NCBI RefSeq assembly: GCF_947568905.1
Contig: NC_079167.1
Location: forward strand, 44,702,001 to 44,766,000
From: Ostrea edulis
Taxonomy: Eukaryota
Length of the DNA stretch: 64,000 bases
Reading direction: 5' to 3'
The notes beneath the pieces are model-generated. The model did not search any database, was not told where the DNA came from, and was given only the letters and a program-made list of their open reading frames with translations. Positions 41,101 through 53,607 of the stretch are shown here, one piece after another (position 1 is the first letter of the stretch; the number at the start of each line of letters is the position of its first letter). Position numbers and translations under genes: made by a program.

Positions 41101-44100
41101 TCATTAGGGGATCTGTCAGACTGACCTGGGGATCTGCTAGACTGACCTTTTAATAATACATACTATAGGTGACAAAGACACCATACAGAAATTGTATGGT
41201 GTATAAGTGACCTTTCATTAGGGGATCTGTCAGACTGACCTGGGGATCTGCTAGACTGACCTTTTAATAATACATACTATAGGTGACAAAGACACCATAC
41301 AGAAATTGTATGATGTATAGGTGATATTTCAAGAGGGGATCTGTCAGACTGACCTGGGAATCTGCTAGACTGACCTTTTAATAATACATACTATAGGTGA
41401 CAGAGACACCATATAGAAATTGTATGATGTATAGGTGATATTTCAAGAGGGGATCTGTCAGACTGACCTGGGAATCTGCTAGGCTGACCTTTTAATAATA
41501 CATATTATAGGTGACAGAGACACCATATAGAATTTTTTTTTTTATGTGATATTTCATGAGGGGATCTGTCAGACTGACCTGGGAATCTGCTAGACTGACC
41601 TTTTAATAATACATACTCTAGGTGACAGAGACACCATATAGAAATTGCATGCTGTATAAGTGACTTTTCATGAGGGGATCTGACAGAATGACTTCGGAAT
41701 CTGCTAGACTGACCTCATAATAATACATACAATAGGTGCAAGTAGTAGTATATCAATCAATTAAGAGGATGCATATTTTTTATTTAATTTTCCACAATCT
41801 GGAAGACAAGCCCCTGTGGATTTACAGATTTTATAGGGCTTGAAATATGTCTCTTATGTAGTCAGTTTTACTATTTTTAGTCACCTTTAATGAGGTGAAA
41901 TTAATAAAATAACACAAATTTTAAGGTTTTTTTTTGGGGGGGGGGGGGGGAATATATAAATTCTCTCAGTATAAGTAACAATTATGGTGGCATAGTTCTG
42001 CCACCACTTGTCAGATAATTATGTCGACTTGTCAATTCTTTATGTTGCCTTGTCAGATCTTTTTGTCGTCTTGTCACTTATGAGATATCTTATAAAACAT
42101 ATAAGGTATCTTTTATGCTTTATAAGACATCTTATAAAAAATAAATTTATATTTAAAGAGATCTTCTATTTTTTATAAGATATCTCATAAACTTTATAAG
42201 ATATATTGTTTGATATATAAGATATTTTATAAACTTTATGAGTTTATAAGATATCTTATGAGATATCTTATACACTGTAAATTATATGAGATATCTTATA
42301 AAATTTATTACATATCTTACTGAAAATATATAAGACATCTCATAAATTATATAAGATATCTTTTTAGAGGAATGAATATGGCTTGCCATACGCAATAATT
42401 CAGAATGGCCTACATTTTTCATAACGCTATGTGAGTTAATTTCTCCTGATCACAGAGGGCGCACAGCAAATTGCGGTCCTTAGTTGACGGTGTCATATAA
42501 GGAATAAATAAAAAATTTACAAGCTTTGATTGCAATCAATTGCCAGTTAAGGAATTTTTCGAAGAATTAAGTGTAATGACTTAAAAATAGTATAATTGAG
42601 CATAATATTTTAGTCACTAATTACATTTATATGTGTCGCTTGTGTGGTTTTCTCGCAAGCAATGTATGGTCATGATGTAACAAAGTACGTAAATATTAAC
42701 TAGTCCTTGATTTCTTTAGATCAGAATCATGATGTCTGCAATTCTTCATTATTAATTTTTATCAATATTTTCGACAACCAAAACGCAAAAAAACCAACAT
42801 GCAATACGATATGCCTAAAAACACATGATGTAAAACCAACACATACATGTACATTATCAATTTATCACTTCACACTGAACAAAACTACTTGTTGCTAAAT
42901 GTACACTAGGTGCCAATAAATAAAGCATTTTAATGATCTCGAATGGGTATCTCTAGTGTAATATTTTTGTTAAAATATTTTTTCGCGTGTGATTTAATCT
43001 TTTGAAAGTTAGATTTTGTGTACATCGACTTACACCTCTTATTGCATTTCAATTACTCAAATGAGCACAAAAACAATCATCAGGCTCCTAGCAACAATGG
43101 GTCTGCCTCCTCTTACTATTACATACAAACTTATTTATTTTTACATGCAGAGATAGATCTATAGTCAGATAGCCTCCCCCCAAAAAAAAACACCCAATAT
43201 TGTCGTGAATGGTAGTGGAAATGCAATATTTAACCGATGAATGGAACTGAAAGATCAACCCTTGCCACCTTCCTTCTCGAGCTTTGGATTATTTTTTTGA
43301 AATGTACATGTCAAGAAATTTTAGGCAATATTATGAACTTCTCCCCCCCCCCCCCCACCCTCCCTTATAAACGTGCCTGATTGTATCACATGCATCATCG
43401 ATATCAATTGTATAATTTGGACAGAAATAAACGTCAAATACACCCTATAACACCCCCCCCCCCCTCCCCAACTCTACAATTTGACAAAGTGCATACTTTA
43501 AAAAGTTTTCTCCATAAAATCCAAGAAATTAAACCTTGTTTTGTCATAGATATATTACAACCTGTTAAAACTTGGTATACTAAAGAATTTGGTAACGTAA
43601 GCTTTACTATACGCTATTTGTTAATACTATTTATGTGAAGCTTAGGACCTCAATCGTAAGCGCGCCCCCAACTTCCGGTGTAAGGGGAGTAACTGCAAAA
43701 ATGTAGGCCATTGAAGATATCATTAATTATTTTGAAGACATCGTTAATTGAATTGTTGCACGCATCAAATAAATTGAAGATTAACAATAAATTAAAAGAT
43801 CTTATCATTGATTTCACCAAGAGTGGAAAAATGTATTGCTTCATCGTTTATTTTTTTCTAAACAAGAGACCATGATTTACCTTAAATTTGAAACTTTTAA
43901 GGGTGGGGCGCCCCTCTCTTAAATCCGCCACTGGGTAACACTTGAGATTGGGGGGGGGGGGGTATGCGTAGTTTCTGTGGAAACGAGGGGGTTAAGACCG
44001 AATATAAACAACCCCCTCGTTTCCACAGAAACTAGGGTATGCGCGGATCCAAGACCAGGATATCCCCCTCCCAAGATCCGTGTATGCGGTGGCGATTTCC

Positions 44101-44390
44101 AAGTACAAAAAGTTTATACAGTTCAACATTTTAGATGACTGAAAATTAAGCTGTCCTGACTTTAAATATTTGCATACATGAAAAAGAATGTTAATTTTCA
44201 ATCTAAATCTAGATCTACCTATTTCTGGTCTTCCGAAGTGCGCTTCCTTTTTCCCAGAAACATATGTGAAGGAGGTCTCTACCTCATAGGCTTTTCGAAC
44301 ATTCTCAGCTTCCTCAAAAGTTCTCACACATCCACATAATCCGTCCTCTGACACAGGTGTCCATAATGTTTTCCACCTTTCCGTGTTCAT
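32177..44390 (-). CDS. Spliced MULE transposase with CARF/ALS2CR8-like N-terminal region; probably defective (one exon not found, 3' end truncated)
   Basis: GT-AG exons read by hand: 44390-44220, 41027-40917, 40856-40704, 33771-33548, 33404-33159, 32912-32632, 32376-32177. Motifs LLDATY (D1), FMTDF (D2), ICDFHREQ (CxxH), and KKKGCQAKIIMKDV...HLTGQLAGFMNPL (CARF-like). Phases match from 41027 onward. Confidence 0.8.
34458..36883 (+). CDS. ISL2EU accessory protein: SWIM zinc finger plus YqaJ/lambda-exonuclease domain, 4 exons, ~591 aa, apparently intact
   Basis: Exons 34458-35029, 35195-35350, 35617-35743 and 35963-36883 are all GT-AG, in phase, 1776 nt in total. CTCIGGADGACRH (SWIM); WHVARKGMITAS, LGCSVDG, IEIKCP, YYPQIQGQM (YqaJ). 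Confidence 0.9.
37977..40301 (-). CDS. ISL2EU transposase: THAP, HTH and DDE_Tnp_4 domains, 4 exons, probable frameshift at the start of the last exon
   Basis: Exons 40301-39881 (THAP: CAWGTC...W...C...VCSKHF), 39639-39445, 39080-38977 and 38734-37977. IIDCTE, DIMADRGF and RIHVERAIGRLK catalytic motifs. The strong acceptor at 38735 lies 41 nt upstream of the DDE-frame ATG, which is not a multiple of 3. Confidence 0.88.
39225..39282 (-). mobile_element. Short SINE tail fragment in a transposase intron
   Basis: (TTGA)n followed by GTTTAACATCCTGCTCGAGAATATTTCACTCAT, similar to 48572-48660. Confidence 0.55.
41070..41735. repeat. 114-bp satellite array (~6 units), reverse complement of the 28420-29450 family
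   Basis: GAAATTGTATG at 41074, 41188 and 41302. Confidence 0.9.
42080..42362. repeat. Low-complexity repeat built on the palindrome ATAAGATATCTTAT
   Basis: Direct reading. Confidence 0.8.
43969..44034. mobile_element. 66-bp hairpin mini-transposon, TAG...CTA termini, 9-bp TSD
   Basis: 25-bp perfect arms TAGTTTCTGTGGAAACGAGGGGGTT and AACCCCCTCGTTTCCACAGAAACTA, 16-nt loop. GGGTATGCG at 43960-43968 and 44035-44043. Confidence 0.85.
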
Positions 44391-47300
44391 GATTCTCTTT
44401 GAACCATTACCATGTGCTTGAACAATACTCGTTAACCATCGGTAAATTCCGTTCCGCTGTATGCATATTCATACGTTATGACGCGGTCGGTCTGTGGGAT
44501 TACTTCTAACGCCTACCTTTTATCGGTTTATAATTTATTACTTTTTTGTAACATAACTTTTCGGATTTTCTTTTCTACTGTTGTTTTACTATCGAAAAGC
44601 TGAGCGGGGATTTTGAACAATTTGTAAATGTAAATGTTCAGCTACTCCACGTGTATCACGCATAAAATGCAACACTCACCAATAGAACACTGTGGGAATA
44701 CTGAGAATCACGAATTCCACTAGAACACTGATCAACGAAAGGTAGCAAGGGATATCATCTGAAAGGAAATGTTATAGAACATGTATATCTATTTCAGAAG
44801 AAGTGTATTTTCAGTGGAAAAGGTCACTTATTCCTAGCGAAAAACACTGTCACACTCTGCGTCAAGTTTGATGCATAAAGTGAAGGTAATACTTAGCGCA
44901 TGCGTAATAGCCTATTCCTAAAATCTCGAGTCTTCAGGTCGAACTATTGACCCTTGGATAGTTTCGAATTAAGTACCTGTTAAAATTTAAAAATCAATAA
45001 ACCCCATATTTGAAGTGATATATAAAATGTTTGAAAAAATATAGGATGCATGTTAATTGTAACTGAGTGCTTATTGAAATAAATGGTATGCAACATGTGT
45101 GTGTTGGCAAATGGATGGTTGGAAATACGAAACAGATGCAGATATGCACATTGTCGGTTGCATAAAAGAAGTACAGGGCTAGCAAAAGGCATATAGTTGA
45201 AAATGAAAATATGATTGTTTATAAAACCGTTTTGGAAAAAGAAGAAAAACCTAAAACATTGCCTGTGAAGTAAAAACACGCAGGTTGGCGATCACAAAGT
45301 ATCCAACACGTGCATGTTACTATAAATAGTGTAGCAGATGAAAAAAATGATGTAATTAATTACTGACGGCAGAACTGAATTAGTGAGGTAGTAATGAGTG
45401 TACGTGATCACTCAAAGTCAATAAAAGCGTGCAATCGATGTCGCCGGCACTTTATTAGAAAATAAGCTATATCAAATCATATATTTTGTGTGCTATACAT
45501 TCATGGACCCATAGCCTCCCTAGGCATGGTATACTTTTTATTTCCCCTTTACTTATAAACTTGGTAGGAAGCGTAGATACCCTAATTTTGTAACATACGT
45601 GACTGTCGCCGACTCAATTTTTAAAATTGAACAAGCAAATATAAAAATCTGAGAGCGTGTTTTTTAATTTTCTTTGCGTTTATATCATTTGTATTTCCTA
45701 AATTTTCATTCAATAAAAGTTTAACACCTTTTGCGTATGATTTAAAGCAGTGGTGTATATATTACTCCATGTCGCCAGATTATATTATGTGATCATAGGG
45801 TCAATTAAACACCCAATGTATGAACAAAGATTTCGTATTATCTTTATGTTTTTGATCTATTTTGGCGCTAAAATATTCAAAAACTTTGGGAAAATATTCA
45901 TCAAGCGATATTTGGATGTGGCATTGAGAAGAAGTCATCATTATTCTCAAAATTTTGCATTCTGATTTTAGAAATGTAACATACGATACAATAATTTTTT
46001 TTATGAAAACGTATTTGCAGAGCAAATGTTACCCCTTTTATGAATATCTCGTAGTGTACAGAGAATGAAAATATAAACATTTCTTTTGCAGAAGTCATTG
46101 GTTGGTCTGAAATTTGACAAACGTGTCAAGATGTAACATTCGTGATGTAACATTCGTTACCGAGAAATTAATTAAAAGGAATGATATCACAATTTCCCGC
46201 GTATTTTTGCTCTCTGTCTGCATGATGTGGTATACGACATGAATGTCTACTATGAACATTTGAGTTTGAAAGTCAATACGTGTTAAACTTTGAGAATTAG
46301 GATTAATTTTCTCTTACGGTAAGTACTGTTACAACAACTGCAATGTTTGATATACAATATTGATTAAGCAGATGGAATGTTTTGGTCTGAATTTGTTCTT
46401 CTGATATCAAAGAATGTATATCGTATTCCAAATATCTCGAAATTCCTCTGGTGTAAGAATTACATTGAGTAGAACGCTGGTAACATACGTTTTTCAAAGT
46501 AACGTATGCTACCTAATGAAATGCTTGATTAGACATCAAATATTGAACTACATATTGACAAAATATCATCATTAACGATATATTTGTTGAATATCAACTA
46601 TGTTATGAAGAAACAAATGTGTTACTGTTCCCGTATTCACCAGCATATATACAGATATCCTCTGCAAGAAATACAGACCATGTTTTTCTCTGCTACTGTC
46701 CTATTTATGATACATGTAACTATGCAACTCAACATTTATCAATTTGCTAGAATTCAGCATCTTTTCATAATATACCTTAGAAATGAAGGGATTAATCTCT
46801 GATGATTGTTCTATGCAATCTTATAGAGAAATCATTAAAAAATATTTTATCTGTATGTTACCAGGAATTCCGTTACGTAATATTATTCTTAATTTTTTAT
46901 TTATTTTTTCAGAAATGGCGCTTGTGAGAGCAGAAGTACAGAATAACTACCATGGAAAAAAAAATGCATTAAAACATAAGAACAACCATGAAAAAATGTT
47001 TTAGAAATAATATTATATGCTCCCCTTGTGGCAATACTGAAAAGGTAGAATGTCTGTATAGACAGTGAAAATAAAGGTTTAACTACCGGTCAAAGGCTAC
47101 CATAATGATACATGTAAGTTTTGTCTCTCAAAATACTTATAAGCAACTGGTCATTTGAGTAATTTTGTATGACCTTTGACCTTGTGACTTGAAATCCAAT
47201 GGGGGTTATCTATTCATAAGGGGGCACCAGTGTTTCAAGTTTGATGTCTGTCAAGGAAAGACTTCTCAACGGACAATAGCGTATGTCCAGAGTAGTTTAA

Positions 47301-48571
47301 CCGTTGTCCTTTTGACCTCAAAATCAATAGGGGACATCTATGTCTTAAGGTTCACGTTAAATATTCATTCATAACACCGCGTGGTGGATTATACTGACAG
47401 TTTCTATGGAAAGGTATTCCAAAATAACCAACAAAAACATAAGATTCGGTATACATTTAATCAAAATGTTGGGAAATTAAACATTTTCTTTATATTATTA
47501 TTGTAAACAGATTGTTAGAAATGGGTAAATATGTTTCTTTCCATTTTTTGAATGGAAATGATGTGTTTACAGTAATGAAAGGAAAAATAAGAAACATACG
47601 TTACTTTCATTGTTTATTATAACAAAGAGCAATCCAGGTTTCAAAACATGTGTCTGTTATTTCTATAAGAATCATGAGCATTTGAATAGTGAAACATCAA
47701 TCTTTTACTTTTGTTTTAATAGCATATTTATTGCAACTTAACAAATTCAGAAGAAAAGACACATTTGGTAAATTTTTTTTGCTTGTCTACGTTATATTTC
47801 TATTAAAATTGGTATTTCCATTGAATTAAGTGATGTCGTTATGATTTTGCAACATCAATCGTAAAGAATAACTGATGATGACATCGTTTTGGCATAATAT
47901 TTTCATGGATGTACTGTTGTGTAAGTGTTGAAACATACGTTACATAATTATAGCGCTACTTCATTTACATACATAAAAGCTGTCGTTCTATATCTATTGC
48001 TAGTCTTTTGTTTTCATGTTTCATACATATTGAACTGTTCGAGAATATTTGTTAATCAATTTTATTTTCTGCCATTTCAAAGATATTGAAAGTGATATCT
48101 AGTCGTTTATTTTGCGCTCTTAAAATCTTATTGCTGACTTTTACAGCAGATAATTTCTTGTTGTGTTGATTAAATATTTTCTTTGAAAACCTGTATTTAT
48201 TGTCTTTCGCAAATTAGAAAAATATATGCTCAGTCAATTCCAATACAAGTTTTGGAATAATACATGGAAAATTAATGTTTATCTTACACATTATCATGTC
48301 AAGGACTCGGTAACGATGGTTACATGTGAGAAAAATCTCGAAAAATATACCATACTTTGACCTACTGTAAAAAAAAAAAATCTGTCATACTTAACTTGAA
48401 ACAATTTGAGGTGGGTGTTCAACAGATGTTTACCATTAATAAAGGCATGTTACCATATATATTTTGAATGGTCGATAAACCATGATTTTGAAACCCTCAA
48501 TTGCACGCTTTTATTGACTTTGGGTGTGATGTTGTGCGGCGGCAGGAAAGGTGGTTACTGTTCGGTCGAAG

Positions 48572-48827
48572 GATTGATTGATTGATTGATTGGTTGGTTA
48601 AATTGATTGATTGTTTAACGTCCCGTCCGAGAATCTTTCACTCATGGAGACGTCACCATTGCCGGTGAAGGGCTGATAAATTTAGGCCTATGTTCGGCAC
48701 TTATGGCCATCGATCAAGGAGGGATCTTTGTTATGCCACACCTGCTGTGACAGGGGACTTCGGTTTTTGCCGCCTCTTACGACAAGCAAGGGTGTACCGA
48801 GGGTCTCTTATAACTCGGATCCCCGCG
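48572..48827 (-). mobile_element. 5'-truncated SINE with (TTGA)n tail
   Basis: Minus strand ends GGTGACGTCTCCATGAGTGAAAGATTCTCGGACGGGACGTTAAACAATCAATCAA, a tail recalled as typical of bivalve SINEs. Confidence 0.7.
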
Positions 48828-49344
48828 TGATTTCGGTGGAAGGTCAAATCAGGATAAACAGAAGTAGAATACATAATAAACTGAGAACTGTGATTAGAGA
48901 AATAAATCCAGTTAAGAACTTGCTGAAATATGCCTTGAAATGTTTGAAACATGTTCTTTTACAGCTTTGCATATGCATGAAGGTACTAGCGTATATAACC
49001 AACAGTAACAGACAGGTAATAAATGAAGAGAAAGGTAACATGTGTACAGCACCAGTGTCAGGTGGACTGCATGGAATAGTAACAGTACAGTTTTACAAAA
49101 TTTGGACAAAGAGTAAATCTATCATCGCTATTACATAATTTGCAAAACTGACAGCATTTTTAACTTTGTAAGTATTTGTAGGTAAAACATTTCACAAGTA
49201 AATAGCCTATGTAGAGGTATTCATCTCCAATTTCATCTGCATTATGTACAGGGATCACATAACTTACCAGATCTATCAATGCTAAAAGATCTGCCTGGTA
49301 ATCTTTGACTGTCGCATCTAACATAAAAAAGATATGTGGAATCT

Positions 49345-49539
49345 AAGTATTGTGATCATGTATTTATAACAGAAATGTCCATGCACAGAATTTAGATATT
49401 CTTTTGTTAAGTATTGTGATCATGTATCTATAACAGAAATGTCCATGCACAGAATTTAGATATTCTTTTGTTAAGTATTGTGATCATGTATTTATAACAG
49501 GAATGTCCATGCACAGAATTTAGATATTCTTTTGTTAAG
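49345..49539 (+). repeat. 64-bp tandem repeat x3
   Basis: AAGTATTGTGATCATGTA at 49345, 49409 and 49473. Confidence 0.92.
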
Positions 49540-49898
49540 TTTTTGTCTACATTTTGTGTCTTACTTAATTGCTTCATAAGAGACCGATCACAGGCAACAT
49601 TCGTGTGTAAAGAATTTGTTATGAATTATGGAAGATGCCCCCATGGGCCATGTAAAGCTTTCCACGATCAAATGAAGTACATAATACAATATCTGTTATG
49701 AATAAATCTCAACAACGGGAATATAGTGTTTAGGGACATATATGGACCGTGGATATCGGCCTGGGGAGCTCAGTGGTAACAGAACTTCAATACTACTGTA
49801 AAGGTCCCTCTACACAGGAAGACTGCGTGTTTAAAAGGGTTGATGTATTGCGTGCGAGGGTTATTCGTTGCTTTGATTTCGTCAGCGCACCGTATTGA

Positions 49899-50285
<387 letters not shown>

Positions 50286-50321
50286 AAAGTACAAAGTCTG
50301 CTTGCAGGACCTATAACAAAC

Positions 50322-50361
50322 GGCCGTTTTCACGGCCACCAACCTTTTTTGAAAAGACACC
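50322..50361 (+). terminator. Histone 3' stem-loop and downstream element (H2A)
   Basis: GGCCGT-TTTC-ACGGCC, then GAAAAGACACC 13 nt downstream. Confidence 0.9.
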
Positions 50362-51929
50362 TCTATAAGCATCGAAATGTCAAGAATGACAGTCTAATCT
50401 TACATTCAATGCTCACTGAGAAATGGGGATGACAATATTTGCAGTAATTCATACATTTCAAGGCGCAAAATAAATGAATGCACGGCATGGGTTGCTATGT
50501 ATTTGTTTGGGTTGTAATCGATAAGTAAGATTTACAAGAGAGAAGACATAAAAAAGCGCTATATAAATTGTCCTCACTCCTTTGGACTTCATTGAGAAAT
50601 CATGGAAATACCAAAATGAAATGAGTTTTTATTTGCATTCTTTTTGTTTTTCTCAACCAGCTCTGTAGTTTGTCAATGGAAGAGTAAAACAAGGGTGCCA
50701 AAACTTTTGAAATACAGGGCGAGTGATCGTATAATCTTCACGTGGTCATTCTTGCTTTTAATTTACATAGACGAAAAGCCACAAAGGAAATGATTTTGTA
50801 CCAGTATGAATGTGAGAAATAGAGGTAGACATGGAGCTATCTGACATTAGATAGGGTGATCATGATGTGATGGGGCAATAAAAAAAAAAAATGGAAAGAG
50901 AACAAAATCTTTGGAGACGACATAGACGATCGCGATCCTGGTACATGGATTGTAAATATATCCGCAAACAAAATATCACTATCTTGGCCGAATTGTTTTA
51001 TCTCCGAAATATACTCAATTTATTTATGGATTCACCAATCATGTTACACAATATGAGATATATAATGACAACAAACTAAATACTAACAGTTCATTTACAT
51101 GTATATGTAAATACAAGTATATATTTGACATGTACCTGTGATATTACACTGCATGTATATGCAATGTAGTATTGCATATCAACATAAATTAAATGTAGTT
51201 ATAGCACTTTACTTTGGGTGCGCAATTCAAAACATTCATGTAAAAATTCACACAATCTTCTGACATGAACGACATTGACAGGGTTGCATAGTACTTTACA
51301 ATGGTTTTCCTTTGATATATCATCATCTGAATTGTAGATGTTCAAAGGGTAATATTTCTTTCTTATATCTTTATACATGAAGCAGTCATATAAAAAAGAA
51401 AAGAAAAGTGTTTTTAAAAAAATACTGTAGTTTATCGCAAAATGACGACTTTACTTATAAGCATGAGGAATTTATTTTTGGTTCATATAAATACTAAACA
51501 TTTGTTGAAAATTTTCTGAATACATTCGATCCATGGGTTTTCGAACCCTTTTCCTCCGCAAATGGTATGCTCAAATATATATATCGTATTTATTTTAAAC
51601 CTTGACGTATGCAGGAAAACGCCCTCCGTATAAACCGACAACTTTTTAATTCTTGAAAAACGATTTTCAATTTCGGTGATTAATTTCACATGAACACGTT
51701 CGACTGAGTCTAGAAATTTCACACTGGGTGTGACTGCATCCCGATTACTTTGTCCAACAAGTCAAACGGGTATACATGAAATGGTCTTACTCGACTTCTT
51801 TCTTTCGTTAGAAAATCAGATTCCCTCTCATTAAATAACACTCATTCGTAGACGAAAACGAGCCTACATACTATTGCAAAAAGAACTATTGATCCTGGCA
51901 AATGATCGAACTTTAAGAACATTAGAAAT

Positions 51930-52090
51930 CATTGTATTGGCACCGTCCAAACGCAACGGACAGATACTACACACACGACTGTAATTAGTACTCTTAAATC
52001 CCACCTATTCGCGAAACGCATACATGTGATAGATAATCCATATTGTGCCTGTGGAAAAATCGAAACAACAACACACTTTTTACTTGAATA
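51930..52090 (+). pseudogene. Degenerate 3' end of a CR1/L2-type LINE ORF2 in the histone spacer
   Basis: Reads RNGQILHTRL*...STLKSHLFAKRIHVIDNPYCACGKIETTTHFLLE, resembling the C-terminal CxCG...ET..HFL..C motif. Confidence 0.6.
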
Positions 52091-52897
52091 AATTTATTGA
52101 TCCATTAAGACCAATAACTGTAAATATCCTTGTACATGGAGACTTTACTAAAAAAAAATTCCTATATTAAAAATAGTTTCATTATATACATGTGCATCAT
52201 CCAAAAGATATGTAGCTTAATCTCGTCGACTTCCGCTTTTATGCATGTGTAGAGTGGTGGAATTTCTTGTTTGGAAGTTATTGTATATCCATTTCTGATG
52301 AACTTAGGTCATAACATCTCTTCCAATAATGATCTATTTACTTGTTGGATTTTTTTCTTTCATTTTTCTTTACTTCCTCGTTGTCATTTTTTGTCATGTG
52401 CAACGGGCAAATGCACACTTACCATTCAAAGTTCAAACGGATTAATATAAGTGCCTATACAACTTGATTCCGAATCCTGTGTGCATATAACGTATTGTGT
52501 ATATACATATATTGATTTATTCAAATGAAATAAAGTTTAAACTAATTTTTTTTTTTTTATCACCCCATACGTACGTTTTATCGCCTGCTTATAGGATAAA
52601 CCTGATTTTTAAGATTGTTTTAATTTGAAACCTCTTTGTTTTATCGAAACCTTTTAAACAAACAGAGCTATTACTATTTAACAGAAAAGTATAGGCAAAT
52701 CGTAAGCATGTCCTGAAACCTTTCCCGAGTTTGGATCATGTGTCACCTTCTGAAACTTCAATTGATAATATAGCACCTAAATTTATCATTTCTTTTACAT
52801 TTTTGATGGTATGTGCGTATTGTGTACAGCTCAATATAAGTGAATTGATCCCTACTCACAAAGTAGCGTAAAAGTGGCTCTATATATCATATATATA

Positions 52898-53607
52898 CAG
52901 TGTGCGAAATTAACCATGGACCGATAGGCAATGTCTATAGAAAATCGAGTCGGTCTATAACAATCAAAATAGCTATAGACCAACTTGTCTATAGGAATTC
53001 TGAGTAAATAACTGGTTCTCTGTTGCTTATTTAACATATATATGAGAAGCGGGGCCAGTTTATATGTAGTACGCCAATGTTTCTGTTTACCCCTTAGCTG
53101 TAATAAAATGTTCCCCAATGTAATTACAAATCATTCGAATCAGATTATTCAATTTGATATTTACTTCAATGCACGCCATTTTCGTGCAAATTCGCAATGT
53201 CCTTTTTGATGGTTTTAAAAATACGTGAAAGATGCACGCACTTGAGTCAAACGGAAAGCGGTCAGTACAAGTTCCAGCAAGGCCAAAGTCGCAGAAAATC
53301 ATGAGAAAACGAAACGTAGTAGAAGTACGTGACTTGGATGAAGAATCAGATAGTGAAACTGAGCTGGAACAAAATGAAAAAGAAAACGAAATTCTAATTG
53401 AAAAGCTTGCCGTGCATGCAATTGAAAAAGAATATAATTATACTATGAACAAATTGCCAAACCGAATTTGTGTCAATTATTTATTTTTTAATAACAATGA
53501 ATAATGCATGTTAAATTTTGGTCTATAGGAATTTGTTGTGGTCTATAGGAAATAAAATGACTATGGACCGAAAGTTTATAGGACTTTAAAGTTAGTTTCG
53601 CACACTG
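52898..53607. mobile_element. 710-bp TIR element (hAT- or Tc1-like non-autonomous) in the H2A-H1 spacer
   Basis: CAGTGTGCGAAATTAAC ... GTTAGTTTCGCACACTG, flanked by TATATATA on both sides. Confidence 0.8.

Larger units (their letters stand above)
27788..44517 (-). mobile_element. 16.7-kb Mutator/MULE DNA transposon with nested insertions
   Basis: TIRs GGTAGGCGTTAGAAGTAATCC(G/C)ACAGACCGAC(A/C)GCGTCA...ATGAATATGCAT (~60 bp). Perfect 9-bp TSD TTTTATCGG at 27779-27787 and 44518-44526. Internal MULE transposase exons. Confidence 0.92.

Noticed and set aside
46783-47004. Possible exon MALVRAEVQNNYHG after a TTTTTCAG acceptor
   Set aside because: Short, AT-rich, no recognisable domain or partner exons.
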